NCBI GenBank assembly: GCA_913060515.1
Contig: CAJXRZ010000019.1
Span: 19,857-83,856 of the forward strand
From: an uncultured Pseudomonadota bacterium
Lineage (GTDB): Bacteria > Myxococcota_A > UBA796 > CAJQPC01
DNA length: 64,000 nt
Reading direction: 5' to 3'
Within the stretch, counting starts at the first letter, position 1; every line of letters starts with the position of its first letter. Of the stretch, positions 37,361 through 46,755 are shown in pieces. The position numbers and the translations under genes were made by a program. Under the pieces are notes generated by a model. It was given only the letters and a program-made list of their open reading frames with translations. It had not been told where the DNA came from and made no database searches.

Positions 37361-38203
37361 TCAGCGCCGCATGTCTTTGGGCCGGTCTCCGACGATGCGG
37401 TAGTCCTGGCCTCGAACGGGGAGGGGTTCGCTCATCTCCAGCAGGCGGGAGTGGATTCGGAGCCCAACGCGATCGACCAAGCGGGCCCGGTGCTCCTCTG
37501 GCAGAGCCAGGTTGTCCGTGTGTACACCTGTGGGCCCCCCGTGAGGGGTGTAGTTGGTGCTGCCGAGCAGGGTGCGCATGCCGTTGTAGGCCCTGGAGAT
37601 CAAGTCATCCAGGATGCTCAGCTCCCACTCGGTGCAGCGGCCTTTGCCCAGCTCGTCGATGGCCAGCACGTCCACGTCTTGCAGGCTGGTGAGCAGCTTG
37701 GCGTTCCCCCGTCGGCGCTGCTCGATGCCTGCGCGAAGCTCAGCCAGCAGGTGGGTGAACTCCACAAAGCGCACGCGGGCGCCATGGTGTACTGCGATGT
37801 GCTTGAGGGTGGCGATGACCAAGTGGGTCTTGCCGCGTCCCACCTCACCCCAGAGCAGCAGACCCTTGCGATCTTGTCCCACAGCAAAGCTGCCGGCCCA
37901 GCCTTGGCACTGCATCAGGGCTGCGCGTCCACCCATGCTGGGGTCGAAGTTGCGGAAGCTGCTCTTGTGGTGGCGGCTGGGCAGGTTGGCGCGGTTGAGG
38001 ATGGCCACCCGGTCGGGCAGGCGCTGACATCCGCAGCGGGCCATGCGTCGCCCGTCCTTCTCCACCAAGACACGGCCAATGCCCTTGCAGGCTGGGCAAG
38101 TCTTGCGGCACGCGCAGACCTTGGCGCGGGCGCCTTGGTCGGTGGGGAAGAATTCGATGCCTTCGCCGCTGCAGCGGGGGCAGTTGGAGTCAGCGAGCTT
38201 CAC
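37361..38203 (-). CDS. DnaC/DnaI/IstB-like AAA+ ATPase with N-terminal Cys-rich Zn motifs
   Basis: CPRCSGEG, CPACKGIG..RCGC; ANLPSRHH..SFRNF; Walker A GEVGRGKTHL; Walker B LAIDELGK; STNY; RIHSRLLEM; GTG 38203 overlaps upstream TGA. Confidence 0.85.
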   Translation of the reverse strand: MKLADSNCPRCSGEGIEFFPTDQGARAKVCACRKTCPACKGIGRVLVEKDGRRMARCGCQRLPDRVAILNRANLPSRHHKSSFRNFDPSMGGRAALMQCQGWAGSFAVGQDRKGLLLWGEVGRGKTHLVIATLKHIAVHHGARVRFVEFTHLLAELRAGIEQRRRGNAKLLTSLQDVDVLAIDELGKGRCTEWELSILDDLISRAYNGMRTLLGSTNYTPHGGPTGVHTDNLALPEEHRARLVDRVGLRIHSRLLEMSEPLPVRGQDYRIVGDRPKDMRR

Positions 38204-38799
38204 GCACCCACCGTATCCCAGATGCGGGTCGCCGACAGCAGGGGGTGTTCTTGGCGCAGTAAGTCGCGGGCGACTTCTTCGACCAGTTGGGCGAATCGGG
38301 GAGCAGCCACCTGACTCTCCAGCGAGGCCAGCTCGGTGCGGGCTTGCGCCATCCACATCTGACGCTCTCCATGCTCCCAGGCCCTCTCAAAGAAGTCCCG
38401 GCTCACTTCCAGGGCCTGGCCGACAAGGGCCTCGCCTTCGCCATCCAGTGACTCAAAGCTCACGATGACGGCGCTGTACTCTCGCCGGCCGCTCTCTCGC
38501 AGCGCCTTGATCAGTGGCCCCAAGGCCCCCCGAATAGGCTGAAGCTTGGGCTTCTCGCCGCCCTTCCACTTCACCACCGCCTTCTTGGCGGAGCGCAGGG
38601 ACAGGGGCGTGCGCAGGTGCTTCTTGCGGCGGGACTCTGCGGCCTCTTCTAAGGCGTGCAGCAGCAAGGGTACGGGGACGCCCTGGTTCAACCACCCCAT
38701 CAGGAGGCGGGCGTCGCTGGAGCTGAGGAAGGGGGCTCCGCCGCGCAGGGAGACCAGGTGGGCCACGATTTGGGCGGCGGCGTCTTGCTGGGTGGACAT
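38200..38799 (-). CDS. Helical hypothetical protein coupled to the DnaC-like ATPase
   Basis: FLSSSDARLLMGWLNQGVP resembles a DnaD-like helical motif; 4-bp overlap. Confidence 0.7.
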   Translation of the reverse strand: MSTQQDAAAQIVAHLVSLRGGAPFLSSSDARLLMGWLNQGVPVPLLLHALEEAAESRRKKHLRTPLSLRSAKKAVVKWKGGEKPKLQPIRGALGPLIKALRESGRREYSAVIVSFESLDGEGEALVGQALEVSRDFFERAWEHGERQMWMAQARTELASLESQVAAPRFAQLVEEVARDLLRQEHPLLSATRIWDTVGA

Positions 38800-38835
38800 G
38801 GCCCCGTCTCTATCCCGGGGCCTGTGGCGCCGAAG

Positions 38836-39912
38836 CTACTTCTTCTTCTCGATGGGGAAGTAGCAGCGGATGCTCTCGGTGTAGCCGTTGTCGCTGGAGT
38901 TGCCCCAGCTCTCGCCGTAGAGCGTGACCCGGTCCTGGCTGGTGTCGCAGGCGTAATAGACCTCGAACTGGGTGCTCCCGGTGATCTGCAGGCAGAAGGA
39001 CTCGTGGTCGGTGTAGCTGGAGTTCCGGGTGCTCCAGAGAGGGCCGCACTCGATTCCGTTGGGGAAGTACAGGCCGTCCACCTGGGTGTTGGTGCATTCG
39101 GAGTAGGTGCTCGTGTTGGTCACCGAGTCGCAGGTCACGGTCTTGCCCAGAACGGTCTGACTCTCGCTGAAGACCGGCTGCTCAGGGTCTACTGCATCGC
39201 ATTGGCCATCGCTGTTCCAGTCGGGCCCGTCGTTGCTGGGGTCGTAGATGCCCGAGCTGCAGTCCTCGCAGGTGTCTGCGTCGGTGTCGCTGCAGACGTA
39301 GGGGTCCTCGGGCGCGGAGTCGTCCACGTCCAGGGAGCCGTCGTTGTCGTCGTCCTCGTCTCCGGGGTCGCACAGGCCGTCGGCGTCAAAGTCCGGTCCG
39401 TCGTTCTCGGTGTCCGGCAAGCCCTTGCTGCAGTCATCGCAGGTGTCGCCGTCCAGGTCCTCGCAGAGGCTGGGGTCCAGGGGCGCGATGTCTTCTGCGT
39501 CAGGCACCGTGTCGTTGTCATCGTCGGGGTCACCGGCGTCGCAGAGGCCATCGCTGTCCGTGTCCGTGCCGTCGTTGGCCGCATCCAGGCTGCCGCTGCT
39601 GCAGTCATCGCAGGTGTCTGAGTCGCTGTCTCCGCAGATCCCTGCGTTTGTGGGCTCGGGGTCCTCGGCGTCGCTTACGCCGTCGTTGTCATCGTCCTCG
39701 TCCACATCGTCGCAGTCGCCGTCCGCGTCTGCGTCGCCGCTGGCATCGTCTCCATCGCAGAGGTCCATCGAATCGCACACGCCGTCCTCGTCCAGGTCAG
39801 CGGAGTCGTCCCCTTCACAGATGTCGACGTCGTCGCAGGCGCCGTCCAGGTCGGCATCCTCGCAGGCGCAGCCGGTGGTGAAGAGAAGGGACAGGGAAAG
39901 CAGAAGGGACAT
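38836..39912 (-). CDS. Secreted/lipoprotein with thrombospondin type-3-like Ca-binding repeats
   Basis: Repeated DxDxDGxCD.xD.DDDND motifs; start ATG 39912 (MSLLLSLSLLFTTGCAC); Cys-containing C-terminal domain. Confidence 0.8.
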   Translation of the reverse strand: MSLLLSLSLLFTTGCACEDADLDGACDDVDICEGDDSADLDEDGVCDSMDLCDGDDASGDADADGDCDDVDEDDDNDGVSDAEDPEPTNAGICGDSDSDTCDDCSSGSLDAANDGTDTDSDGLCDAGDPDDDNDTVPDAEDIAPLDPSLCEDLDGDTCDDCSKGLPDTENDGPDFDADGLCDPGDEDDDNDGSLDVDDSAPEDPYVCSDTDADTCEDCSSGIYDPSNDGPDWNSDGQCDAVDPEQPVFSESQTVLGKTVTCDSVTNTSTYSECTNTQVDGLYFPNGIECGPLWSTRNSSYTDHESFCLQITGSTQFEVYYACDTSQDRVTLYGESWGNSSDNGYTESIRCYFPIEKKK

Positions 39913-39989
39913 GTGGGGACTCCGTTTCGAGTCTCCAACATAGCATTCCTCGCTCCGAGTGTGACCCTTCACGTTTCCCACACAGACGG

Positions 39990-40403
39990 TCAGTCTGCGT
40001 ACTCCATCAGGGGGCCACGCAGCTCTCCAAGCAGCTCCTCGGCCTGGGCCTGTGCCTCCTCCCACGATGGGTAGAGCGCCTCCATCTTGCGCTTCCCGTT
40101 GGCGGTGAGGTGCAGCAGCTGCCCTCTGCCCTTGGTCTTGGTGCGCACCAGGCCGTCCTGCTGCAGTCGCCCTAGGTTTCTGGACAGAGTGCTCTTCTCA
40201 AGGCTCAGCGGCTCCACCAAATCCCGGGCTTGAATGCCAGGATTCGCGGCGATGGCCGCCAGCACATTGATGCGCGCAGCGGTCATGCCGTGTTGGCGTG
40301 CGTGGGTGTCGTAGAGCCGGGTGACCTCGCGGTTGAGGCGCTGGACACGTAGGCCCAAGCAGTCACGGAGGATGTGGCCGGAGATGGAGGGGATCGTGGT
40401 CAT
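39990..40403 (-). CDS. MarR family transcriptional regulator
   Basis: DCLGLRVQRLNREVTRLYD, LEKSTLSRNLGRL..DGLV, LTANGKR. Confidence 0.9.
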   Translation of the reverse strand: MTTIPSISGHILRDCLGLRVQRLNREVTRLYDTHARQHGMTAARINVLAAIAANPGIQARDLVEPLSLEKSTLSRNLGRLQQDGLVRTKTKGRGQLLHLTANGKRKMEALYPSWEEAQAQAEELLGELRGPLMEYAD

Positions 40404-40459
40404 GGGTTGTTCATACAACACCACGGATCCCCGAGCAAGTCAGGCGGCTTCTTGGCCCC

Positions 40460-41632
40460 TCAGGGCTTGTACTCGCTGCTCCCGCTCGCCTCCTGGAGCG
40501 TGGAGCCGTAGACCGTGGCGTAGTCCCCGCTGGCGGTGTTGTCGTAGCCCCCCAGGATGGCCGCGTAGTTCCCGCTGGTCTCGTTGGAGTGGCCCCCCAG
40601 AATCGCCGTGTAGGACCCGGTGGCTTGGTTGTAGATGCCGCCGCTGACGCTGCTGTAGGTGCCCCGGGCGGTGTTGGTGAGGCCGCCGACCACGCTGGTG
40701 TAGAGCCCGCGGGCCTCGTTGTCGTAGCCACCGCTGACCACGCTCTTCTCGCCGCTGGCCACGTTGTTGCTCCCCATGGCTACGGCGTAGTCGCCGCTCA
40801 CCTCGTTGGTGTAGCCTGCGAGTAGACCGCCAAAGCCCGAGTAGCTGTGGAAGGGCCCGATGATGAGGTTGTGGGCGCCGGTCTTGTCCGTGGCGGTGTC
40901 GGCCTCGTCGTAGCCGATGACGAAGTTGCCCAGCCCAGTACTGCTGTCTGCGGTGGCCCCAAATCCAGACTGAACGAAGACGTTGGCGCCGCTGAAGATG
41001 ACTTGGTGGGTGCTGGTGTCCGCGCTCAGGTAGGTCAACACATCCTCGGCCTGGGCCGAGACCAGCTCCAGTGCGTCTGCCCGAGTGTCCAAATCCGAGA
41101 GCGCGCTCTGGGCTGCGGAGAGTTGGGTGTTCAGGCTCACCAGGTCGCTCTCCGTGGTGGCCAACAGGCTGCTGTTCGCGGAGATGGAGTCGGCCTGCTC
41201 GGCGATGGTCAGGTCCAGCTCCCCTTGGCGGGTGCTGAGGGCGATGAGGCCCTCGGCCTGCTCCAGCGCCCAAGTGTCCAAGGTGTTTAGGGTCTGGGTG
41301 TTCGAGGCCAGTGTGGTCTCCGCGCTCACCACGCGGCTCTCCACCGCAAGCAGTCGCTCTGCTTGGCTCTCCAGGAGCGCTTGCTGTTCCAGGAGCTGGG
41401 CTTCCACGTTCTCAGCTTCGGTGGTGCGGAGGGTGTCGACTTCCGCCTGCAGGGAGCCCACCTGGGCCAGGAGCGCTTGGTGCTCGCTGCCCAGGATCTG
41501 CAAGGCTTTGTCTTGCGAGGCCAGTGTGTCCTCCAGGGCAGCCAGCCGGACATCGGTCTCGCTCTGGACCTCGCTCTGGGCGCCGCAGGCCGTCAAGAAG
41601 GACAAGGAAATCAAGAGGTACTGAAAACGCAT
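40460..41632 (-). CDS. Lipoprotein with long coiled coil and beta-helix (YadA-head-like) repeats
   Basis: FLTAC lipobox from ATG 41632; heptad-rich stalk; repeats GGxxNxAxGxYSxVxGG. Confidence 0.75.
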   Translation of the reverse strand: MRFQYLLISLSFLTACGAQSEVQSETDVRLAALEDTLASQDKALQILGSEHQALLAQVGSLQAEVDTLRTTEAENVEAQLLEQQALLESQAERLLAVESRVVSAETTLASNTQTLNTLDTWALEQAEGLIALSTRQGELDLTIAEQADSISANSSLLATTESDLVSLNTQLSAAQSALSDLDTRADALELVSAQAEDVLTYLSADTSTHQVIFSGANVFVQSGFGATADSSTGLGNFVIGYDEADTATDKTGAHNLIIGPFHSYSGFGGLLAGYTNEVSGDYAVAMGSNNVASGEKSVVSGGYDNEARGLYTSVVGGLTNTARGTYSSVSGGIYNQATGSYTAILGGHSNETSGNYAAILGGYDNTASGDYATVYGSTLQEASGSSEYKP

Positions 41633-41691
41633 GAACAAACTCCGGAGTCGCTTGATCAGGAGAACGTCCCTTGCCGCCACTTAGGGCAAAA

Positions 41692-42699
41692 TCATTCCTC
41701 GCCGCGCTCCTGGGGCTCGCCGGACTGCTCCTCCAGCCACTGCCACACCTCGTCCACGCCCACGGGCGCTGGGGCCAAGTAGGGGTCGAAGCTGGCCGGA
41801 ATCACCGGCAAGCCAGGTGCCCGCTCACGGACGTGCGCCAGCATGCGCGGCAGCTCGCCTTCGCGCAGCAGGTCCACCTTGTTCAGGGCCACCAACGTAG
41901 GCCGCTTTCGCGCTTGCACCGTGTCCAGCAGCGCGCGGTCTGGGGCTTGCAAGCCACCCTCGGCGTTGAGCACCACCAGGTAGAGGTCCGCGTGGTCCAG
42001 GTACATCTGGGTCTCTTCGCTCAGGCCTTCGTCCACGTCGCCGTGTCCGGGGGTGTTGAGCACAAAGAGGCGCTCGGAGAGCTTGTGTACGCCCGCTTCC
42101 CGGGTGGCGCCGGCCACCGGATCGATGTTTCCGGTCTCGATGCCAAACAGGGCCCGAAGCGCGCTGTCCTTGCCTGAGGAGGGCGGGCCGACGATGGCCA
42201 CGGTCTTGCGCCCTCTGAGGGCCTCGCGCAGCTTGGCCAGGGCCATCAGCACGGCCGGCAGCACCTTCTCTTGCTCCCGCTCGTCCCGATTGCGCAGCCA
42301 AATCAGGGGCATCAGGAAGAAGAAGATGCGCAGCAGGTAGTTGCGCTTGAACTCGTAGCGCCACTCGGGCGGAATCAGCCCCTTGGAGGGGCCATAAGGC
42401 GCCATCAGAGCGTAGTCGCCGGCGGCCTCTGGGCTCAAGGCTTTCTGGTCGACCAGAGCGCCGATCAGCCTGGCCTCGAGCACGTCGAGCTCTCCAACGG
42501 CTCCGTAGCCCTTTTTCTCCAAGAGCCGGCGCAGAGTGGTCGGCCAGGCAGGGCAGTGAACCCCTCCAATGCGCCGTATCGCAGACTCCAAGGTGGCCGC
42601 GCGCTCCCCTCGGCGTCCCTCTGCGGGCAGGCCGAACACCGCTTCGAGGGGCTCCAGCTCTTCGGGACGGGCCCGATCCAGCAGGCGTCGCAGGCTCAC
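41692..42699 (-). CDS. TRAFAC-type GTPase, C-terminal G domain, atypical motifs
   Basis: G1 GPPSSGKD, G2 PVAGAT, G3 NTPG, G4 NKVD; N-terminal helical domain with a hydrophobic segment. Confidence 0.85.
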   Translation of the reverse strand: MSLRRLLDRARPEELEPLEAVFGLPAEGRRGERAATLESAIRRIGGVHCPAWPTTLRRLLEKKGYGAVGELDVLEARLIGALVDQKALSPEAAGDYALMAPYGPSKGLIPPEWRYEFKRNYLLRIFFFLMPLIWLRNRDEREQEKVLPAVLMALAKLREALRGRKTVAIVGPPSSGKDSALRALFGIETGNIDPVAGATREAGVHKLSERLFVLNTPGHGDVDEGLSEETQMYLDHADLYLVVLNAEGGLQAPDRALLDTVQARKRPTLVALNKVDLLREGELPRMLAHVRERAPGLPVIPASFDPYLAPAPVGVDEVWQWLEEQSGEPQERGEE

Positions 42700-43754
42700 T
42701 CAGAGGACCCGCTGCTCGAAGAGTCGGTGATCAAGGGCGCCTTGGCCGAGGCCACCGTGTCGAAGATCTGCTTGAGATCGCCGATGTCCAGCTTCTGGTC
42801 CGACTGGATGTAGCGGATTGCCGCCTCTCCGATGCCGTAGGTTGCACCCGCTGCGACGGCGCCGGCCAATGCGGCGGTGGCCACCTGTGCGACTTGAGCG
42901 CCTGGGATCCAACCCGCGGTCTTGAGCACGGCCACGCCCTTCTTGATGAAGCCCTTGGAGGAGCCGGCGAGCAGCTCGCCGACCATCCAGAGGATGACGT
43001 CCTTGTCCAGCTTCTTGCTGTGCACCTTGGAGATGGCCTCGACCAGTTGGACCTGGATGAAGGTCACCGCGGTGATGTCAGCGCCAGGGATGGGCACCGC
43101 GCCTGCCAGGGCGGCCTTGCGCGCGGCCTTCTTGATCAGCGGCTGACAGGCCAGACGCTTGTTCTGCAGGTGCCGGGCAAAGAGCAGGGCGTTGCCCTTC
43201 TCAGCGAGCACGCCATCGATCCAGGAGACCACCTCTTCCAGGCCAATGGGGTCGATGCCCAGGGCTGGATGGGGGTCAAAGCTTGTGGCGACCACCTGAT
43301 CGGAGGAGAGTCCGAGCTGCTCGATGGTGCGGCGTACAAAGTCGTCGCGCTGAAGGGGGCGAATCAGGTCGATCTTGTTCAGGCAGACCAGAGTGGGCAG
43401 GCCACCGGCGTTGCGCTCTTGCACCGACTTGAGGTCGTCCAGGATGGCCTTGGTCGCGCCACCTTCGGCGTTGACGATGAACAGGGCCAGGTCCAGGCGG
43501 TCCAGGACCTTGCGGGCCACGGAGTCCACCTCGGCGCGCACGTCCTGGAAGCCCGGGGTGTTGACCACAACGAAGCGGCCCTCGCCATCGAGCTGGGCCA
43601 GGCGCAGGGTCTCTGTAGACCCTGGCACCGGGTCGATCTCACCAAAGTCCACGCCAAAGAGGGCGCGAATGGCGGCGTCTTTGCCAGCCGAGGCTGGGCC
43701 CACAACCGCGAGGGCGAGGCGGGAGTCGAGGGCTTCGTTGAGATCGCTGGACAT
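42696..43754 (-). CDS. TRAFAC-type GTPase with DUF697/YcjF-like C-terminal domain, atypical motifs
   Basis: G1 GPASAGKD, G2 PVPGST, G3 NTPG, G4 NKID; C-terminal AALAGAVPIPGADITAV..IQVQLV. Confidence 0.85.
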   Translation of the reverse strand: MSSDLNEALDSRLALAVVGPASAGKDAAIRALFGVDFGEIDPVPGSTETLRLAQLDGEGRFVVVNTPGFQDVRAEVDSVARKVLDRLDLALFIVNAEGGATKAILDDLKSVQERNAGGLPTLVCLNKIDLIRPLQRDDFVRRTIEQLGLSSDQVVATSFDPHPALGIDPIGLEEVVSWIDGVLAEKGNALLFARHLQNKRLACQPLIKKAARKAALAGAVPIPGADITAVTFIQVQLVEAISKVHSKKLDKDVILWMVGELLAGSSKGFIKKGVAVLKTAGWIPGAQVAQVATAALAGAVAAGATYGIGEAAIRYIQSDQKLDIGDLKQIFDTVASAKAPLITDSSSSGSSE

Positions 43755-43763
43755 GGTCTACCT

Positions 43764-44597
43764 TTACTTGAGCTGCAGCATCTTGGACTTGTCGAGGTCC
43801 AGAGGCAGAACTCCAAAGGGAGTATCCACGTTCAGGTCGGCGTCCAAACGCACCTTGATTTCGTCCCGGTCCTTGATGGCGCCCACGATTGCGGTGCCAG
43901 CCTCGAGCAGGTTCAGGTCGATGGGGATGGTCACTACGCCGGTCTCGTTGGGCTCGATGGTGGCGAACTGGGCGATGGTGCCGCCGCCAACCTTCGTGCC
44001 CTTCAGGTACATGTCGTACTTGAAGTCTTGAAAGTTCAGGATCGAGGCCTGCTTGTGGGTCACGTTCAGGTCCAAGCCCAGGCTGGCCTTGTTCTGAAGC
44101 ACGGCCAAGTCGGTCACGCGCAGTCCCTGGAAGCTGATGTCGGGCTTTTGCAGCATGGGGAACTCGCCCGACTCATCGTAGGGCAGCTCAATGACGCCGA
44201 TGGGGGTGTTGAAGCCGATGTTGCCTTTCAGGCCAAAGGGCACGTTGTCGGCGCCCTTGATGTCGCCGGCCAGCTTGATCAGGTTGGCGAACTGCACGTT
44301 GACAGGGATGCGCAGCTCGGTGTCAGCCGCAGCGTCCAGGGACATGCCGTCTGGCTTTTGGCCGGTGAAGAAGTTCACGCCCGCCAGGTCCAGATCGTAG
44401 GTCAGGTTGGCCAGCGTCACTGCGATGGGGTTGGGGTTGCGCACGTTGAATACGAACTCGGTGTCGGCACCTTGGAAGTTCACATCCTGTACGTCCAAGT
44501 TCTTGAACCGCACGGTGGGCTTGTACTGATCCAGGTCCAAGTCTTGGAGGACCTTCGGGCAGCCGGTGAACATCAGGATGGGCATCAAAGAGAACAT
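43764..44597 (-). CDS. Tandem LEA_2/WHy domain lipoprotein
   Basis: MFTGC lipobox from ATG 44597 (GGAG RBS); NVRNPNPIAVTLANLTYDLDL; second similar domain. Confidence 0.85.
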   Translation of the reverse strand: MFSLMPILMFTGCPKVLQDLDLDQYKPTVRFKNLDVQDVNFQGADTEFVFNVRNPNPIAVTLANLTYDLDLAGVNFFTGQKPDGMSLDAAADTELRIPVNVQFANLIKLAGDIKGADNVPFGLKGNIGFNTPIGVIELPYDESGEFPMLQKPDISFQGLRVTDLAVLQNKASLGLDLNVTHKQASILNFQDFKYDMYLKGTKVGGGTIAQFATIEPNETGVVTIPIDLNLLEAGTAIVGAIKDRDEIKVRLDADLNVDTPFGVLPLDLDKSKMLQLK

Positions 44598-44666
44598 CGG
44601 GACTCCAGTTTGCGGCAGTGTATTGCCTTGCGCGGGAGTTGGACGGCGGCAAAGGGCCAAACTCAC

Positions 44667-45629
44667 TTACTCGGCTGTGGCAGTGCCCCCCATTGCCCGC
44701 ACGATGTACCGGGCCCGGTTCAGGCCCTCCTCCAGCTCTCCGGGCGCCAGCCAAACACGCAAGTGGCGCTGATTTAGGGTGCCAGGGTGGCCGTGCAGCA
44801 GCCAGAGCAGGTCCTCGGCCAGGGCCGGATCCTTGAGGACTTGGGGTGGAGCACCCTGTGTGCTGAGCAGCATGTCGACCACGCTCAGGCCCAGCCCTCC
44901 TCCGGGACCCACCGAGATCTCAAAGTCGCCCGAGGCCACCACGGCCAGCTCTAGGATCCAGCCTCGGCTGCTCAGGGCCAGCGCGTCCGCGCCGCTGGTC
45001 CACGAGTTGAGGATCTTGCCGGGGTTGGGCGGGGGCTCCCTGCCGGTGGGGCTCCAGACCAGCAGCGCCTGTGCCCGTGCCTTGGGCCCTGGCTTGGCTT
45101 GCAGGCTGTAGTGCTCTGCGGCCAGCGCTCGCCGGTCCTGGTCCAAGCTGGCTTGCAGCTGGCCCAGGCCCTTGCAGATCTGCTCCACCTCGGCCATCAG
45201 AGCGTCCACCCGCATGTGGAGCTGCACCCGGCAGGCGTGGTCCCAGCTGACCGGTGCGCGTTGCTGTCCGAGCTGCAGCCAAGTCGGGCCGAGGGTGATG
45301 CGCTCGCTGATCGCACCCTCTACCCACGTCGGTGCAGGGTCCAGACTGAGCTGGGCGCGCACGCGGCCGCCGCCGTCGGGCAACTCCAGCTCGAAGTGTT
45401 GGCCGTGCAGAGTGCAGCGCAAGGTCAGGCGACCGCTCCGCCGCTCGACATAGCCCTTGTGGAGCTGGGCCCAGTGCTCCCAGTCCGGGGGGACGGCGAA
45501 GAAGCCAGAGGTGGCGTGGCCGAGGCGCTGCAGCACCTTGAATGTGCCAAAGATCAGGGCCAAGAGGGCCAGAGATGGGCAGAGCAGCCAAGGCGCCAAG
45601 GCCAGGATGTCTACGAACTCGTTGTTCAT
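44667..45629 (-). CDS. Membrane-anchored hypothetical protein
   Basis: N-terminal TM; 4-bp overlap with lipase gene. Confidence 0.6.
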   Translation of the reverse strand: MNNEFVDILALAPWLLCPSLALLALIFGTFKVLQRLGHATSGFFAVPPDWEHWAQLHKGYVERRSGRLTLRCTLHGQHFELELPDGGGRVRAQLSLDPAPTWVEGAISERITLGPTWLQLGQQRAPVSWDHACRVQLHMRVDALMAEVEQICKGLGQLQASLDQDRRALAAEHYSLQAKPGPKARAQALLVWSPTGREPPPNPGKILNSWTSGADALALSSRGWILELAVVASGDFEISVGPGGGLGLSVVDMLLSTQGAPPQVLKDPALAEDLLWLLHGHPGTLNQRHLRVWLAPGELEEGLNRARYIVRAMGGTATAE

Positions 45630-46747
45630 GGGGCCTGAAGCTGGGGCCGCAGGAAGCTCATGGCGTCGGCCCAGAGGGCCTGGAAGCGGTCTTGGTCAAA
45701 GTCGCTTCCGGAGATCAGCCAGTCGTGGTGGGGGGGCTCCGCTTTGGGCTGGGAGAAGTGTCCCAATACGTCCAGGTGGTCGGCGTGTACTGCGCGCACG
45801 GTCTGTCCCCAGAGTTGGGACTGGGTGGGCACTATTCCGTCGTTGTCCTTGGCGGTGGGCAGCTCTCCCCAGGCGTGGATGAGGTCCTTGGCCGCCTGTG
45901 GGCGAAGGTCCCGGGGGCCTCCTCTGCTTGCGAGGGTGTAGACGCTGCGGAAGACCGCCTGGCTGGCGGCCCGGTAGGGTCGGGGGATGGACTTGGCCAG
46001 GTCCCGGAGCTTGGGCCGGCGGGCCCGGGCCACGATGGATCCGATGGCCACGCCCTCTGGCTCCGGGGTCGTGGCGTTGAAGAGCGCCATGGCATCTGGG
46101 GAGAGCTGGGTGAGCAGGGTCTGGTCCTGGCTGACCTCGATCAAGAAGGCCTCCAGGGAGGCGCGGCGCTCTGGATCCAGACGGCCCAGCAAGCTGGCGT
46201 AGAGCTCCTCGACCAGCTCCTTGCTCCCCGTTGTGCGCTCGCGCAGGCGGAACATGACCTCGCCCAGTCGGAGCACGACCTGGAGGGGAAGGCGGCCTTG
46301 GCGCAGGGTGAGCAGGGTGCTCAGGCTGAGCAGCTTGAGCAGAGGCTTGCCCTGCACACCGGTGAGGAAGGCCGCCGAGGGCGTGCCATGGTGCGGGGTG
46401 GTCAAGCAGAGGATGGAGCGCACCCGCTGGGCCATGGCCGAGGCATCGCTGCCGTCGGGCAGGGTCAGGGAGGGACTGACCAGCAAGCGAGCGTCCAAAC
46501 CACCGGTGCTGTGGCCGATCAGGTGTACGGCGTCGCCGGCGTCGCTGTGCTCGGCGATGCAGCGGTAGAGCGCGTGTGCCCGCTCGGGCAGGCCGGCTGT
46601 GGGCCGGGTGGGCACCACATGGATCCCAGCCTGTTGCCCTTGCTCCCGAAGCATGCGGGTCAGGACGCGCTCCACATGGCCGAAGTAGTGCAAGTCCCCC
46701 AGGTTGGTGAATCCAAAGAAGCCGGGGATGAGGAAAATTTGGTTCAC
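45626..46747 (-). CDS. Lipase-like alpha/beta hydrolase
   Basis: LIPGFFGF, GHSTGGLDAR, TTPHHGTP, NDGIVP, DHLDVLGH. Confidence 0.88.
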   Translation of the reverse strand: MNQIFLIPGFFGFTNLGDLHYFGHVERVLTRMLREQGQQAGIHVVPTRPTAGLPERAHALYRCIAEHSDAGDAVHLIGHSTGGLDARLLVSPSLTLPDGSDASAMAQRVRSILCLTTPHHGTPSAAFLTGVQGKPLLKLLSLSTLLTLRQGRLPLQVVLRLGEVMFRLRERTTGSKELVEELYASLLGRLDPERRASLEAFLIEVSQDQTLLTQLSPDAMALFNATTPEPEGVAIGSIVARARRPKLRDLAKSIPRPYRAASQAVFRSVYTLASRGGPRDLRPQAAKDLIHAWGELPTAKDNDGIVPTQSQLWGQTVRAVHADHLDVLGHFSQPKAEPPHHDWLISGSDFDQDRFQALWADAMSFLRPQLQAP

Positions 46748-46755
46748 ACGGGATG

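Noticed and set aside
37361-38799. IS21 element or prophage
   Set aside because: No IstA transposase, terminal inverted repeats, integrase or structural genes; codon style matches neighbours
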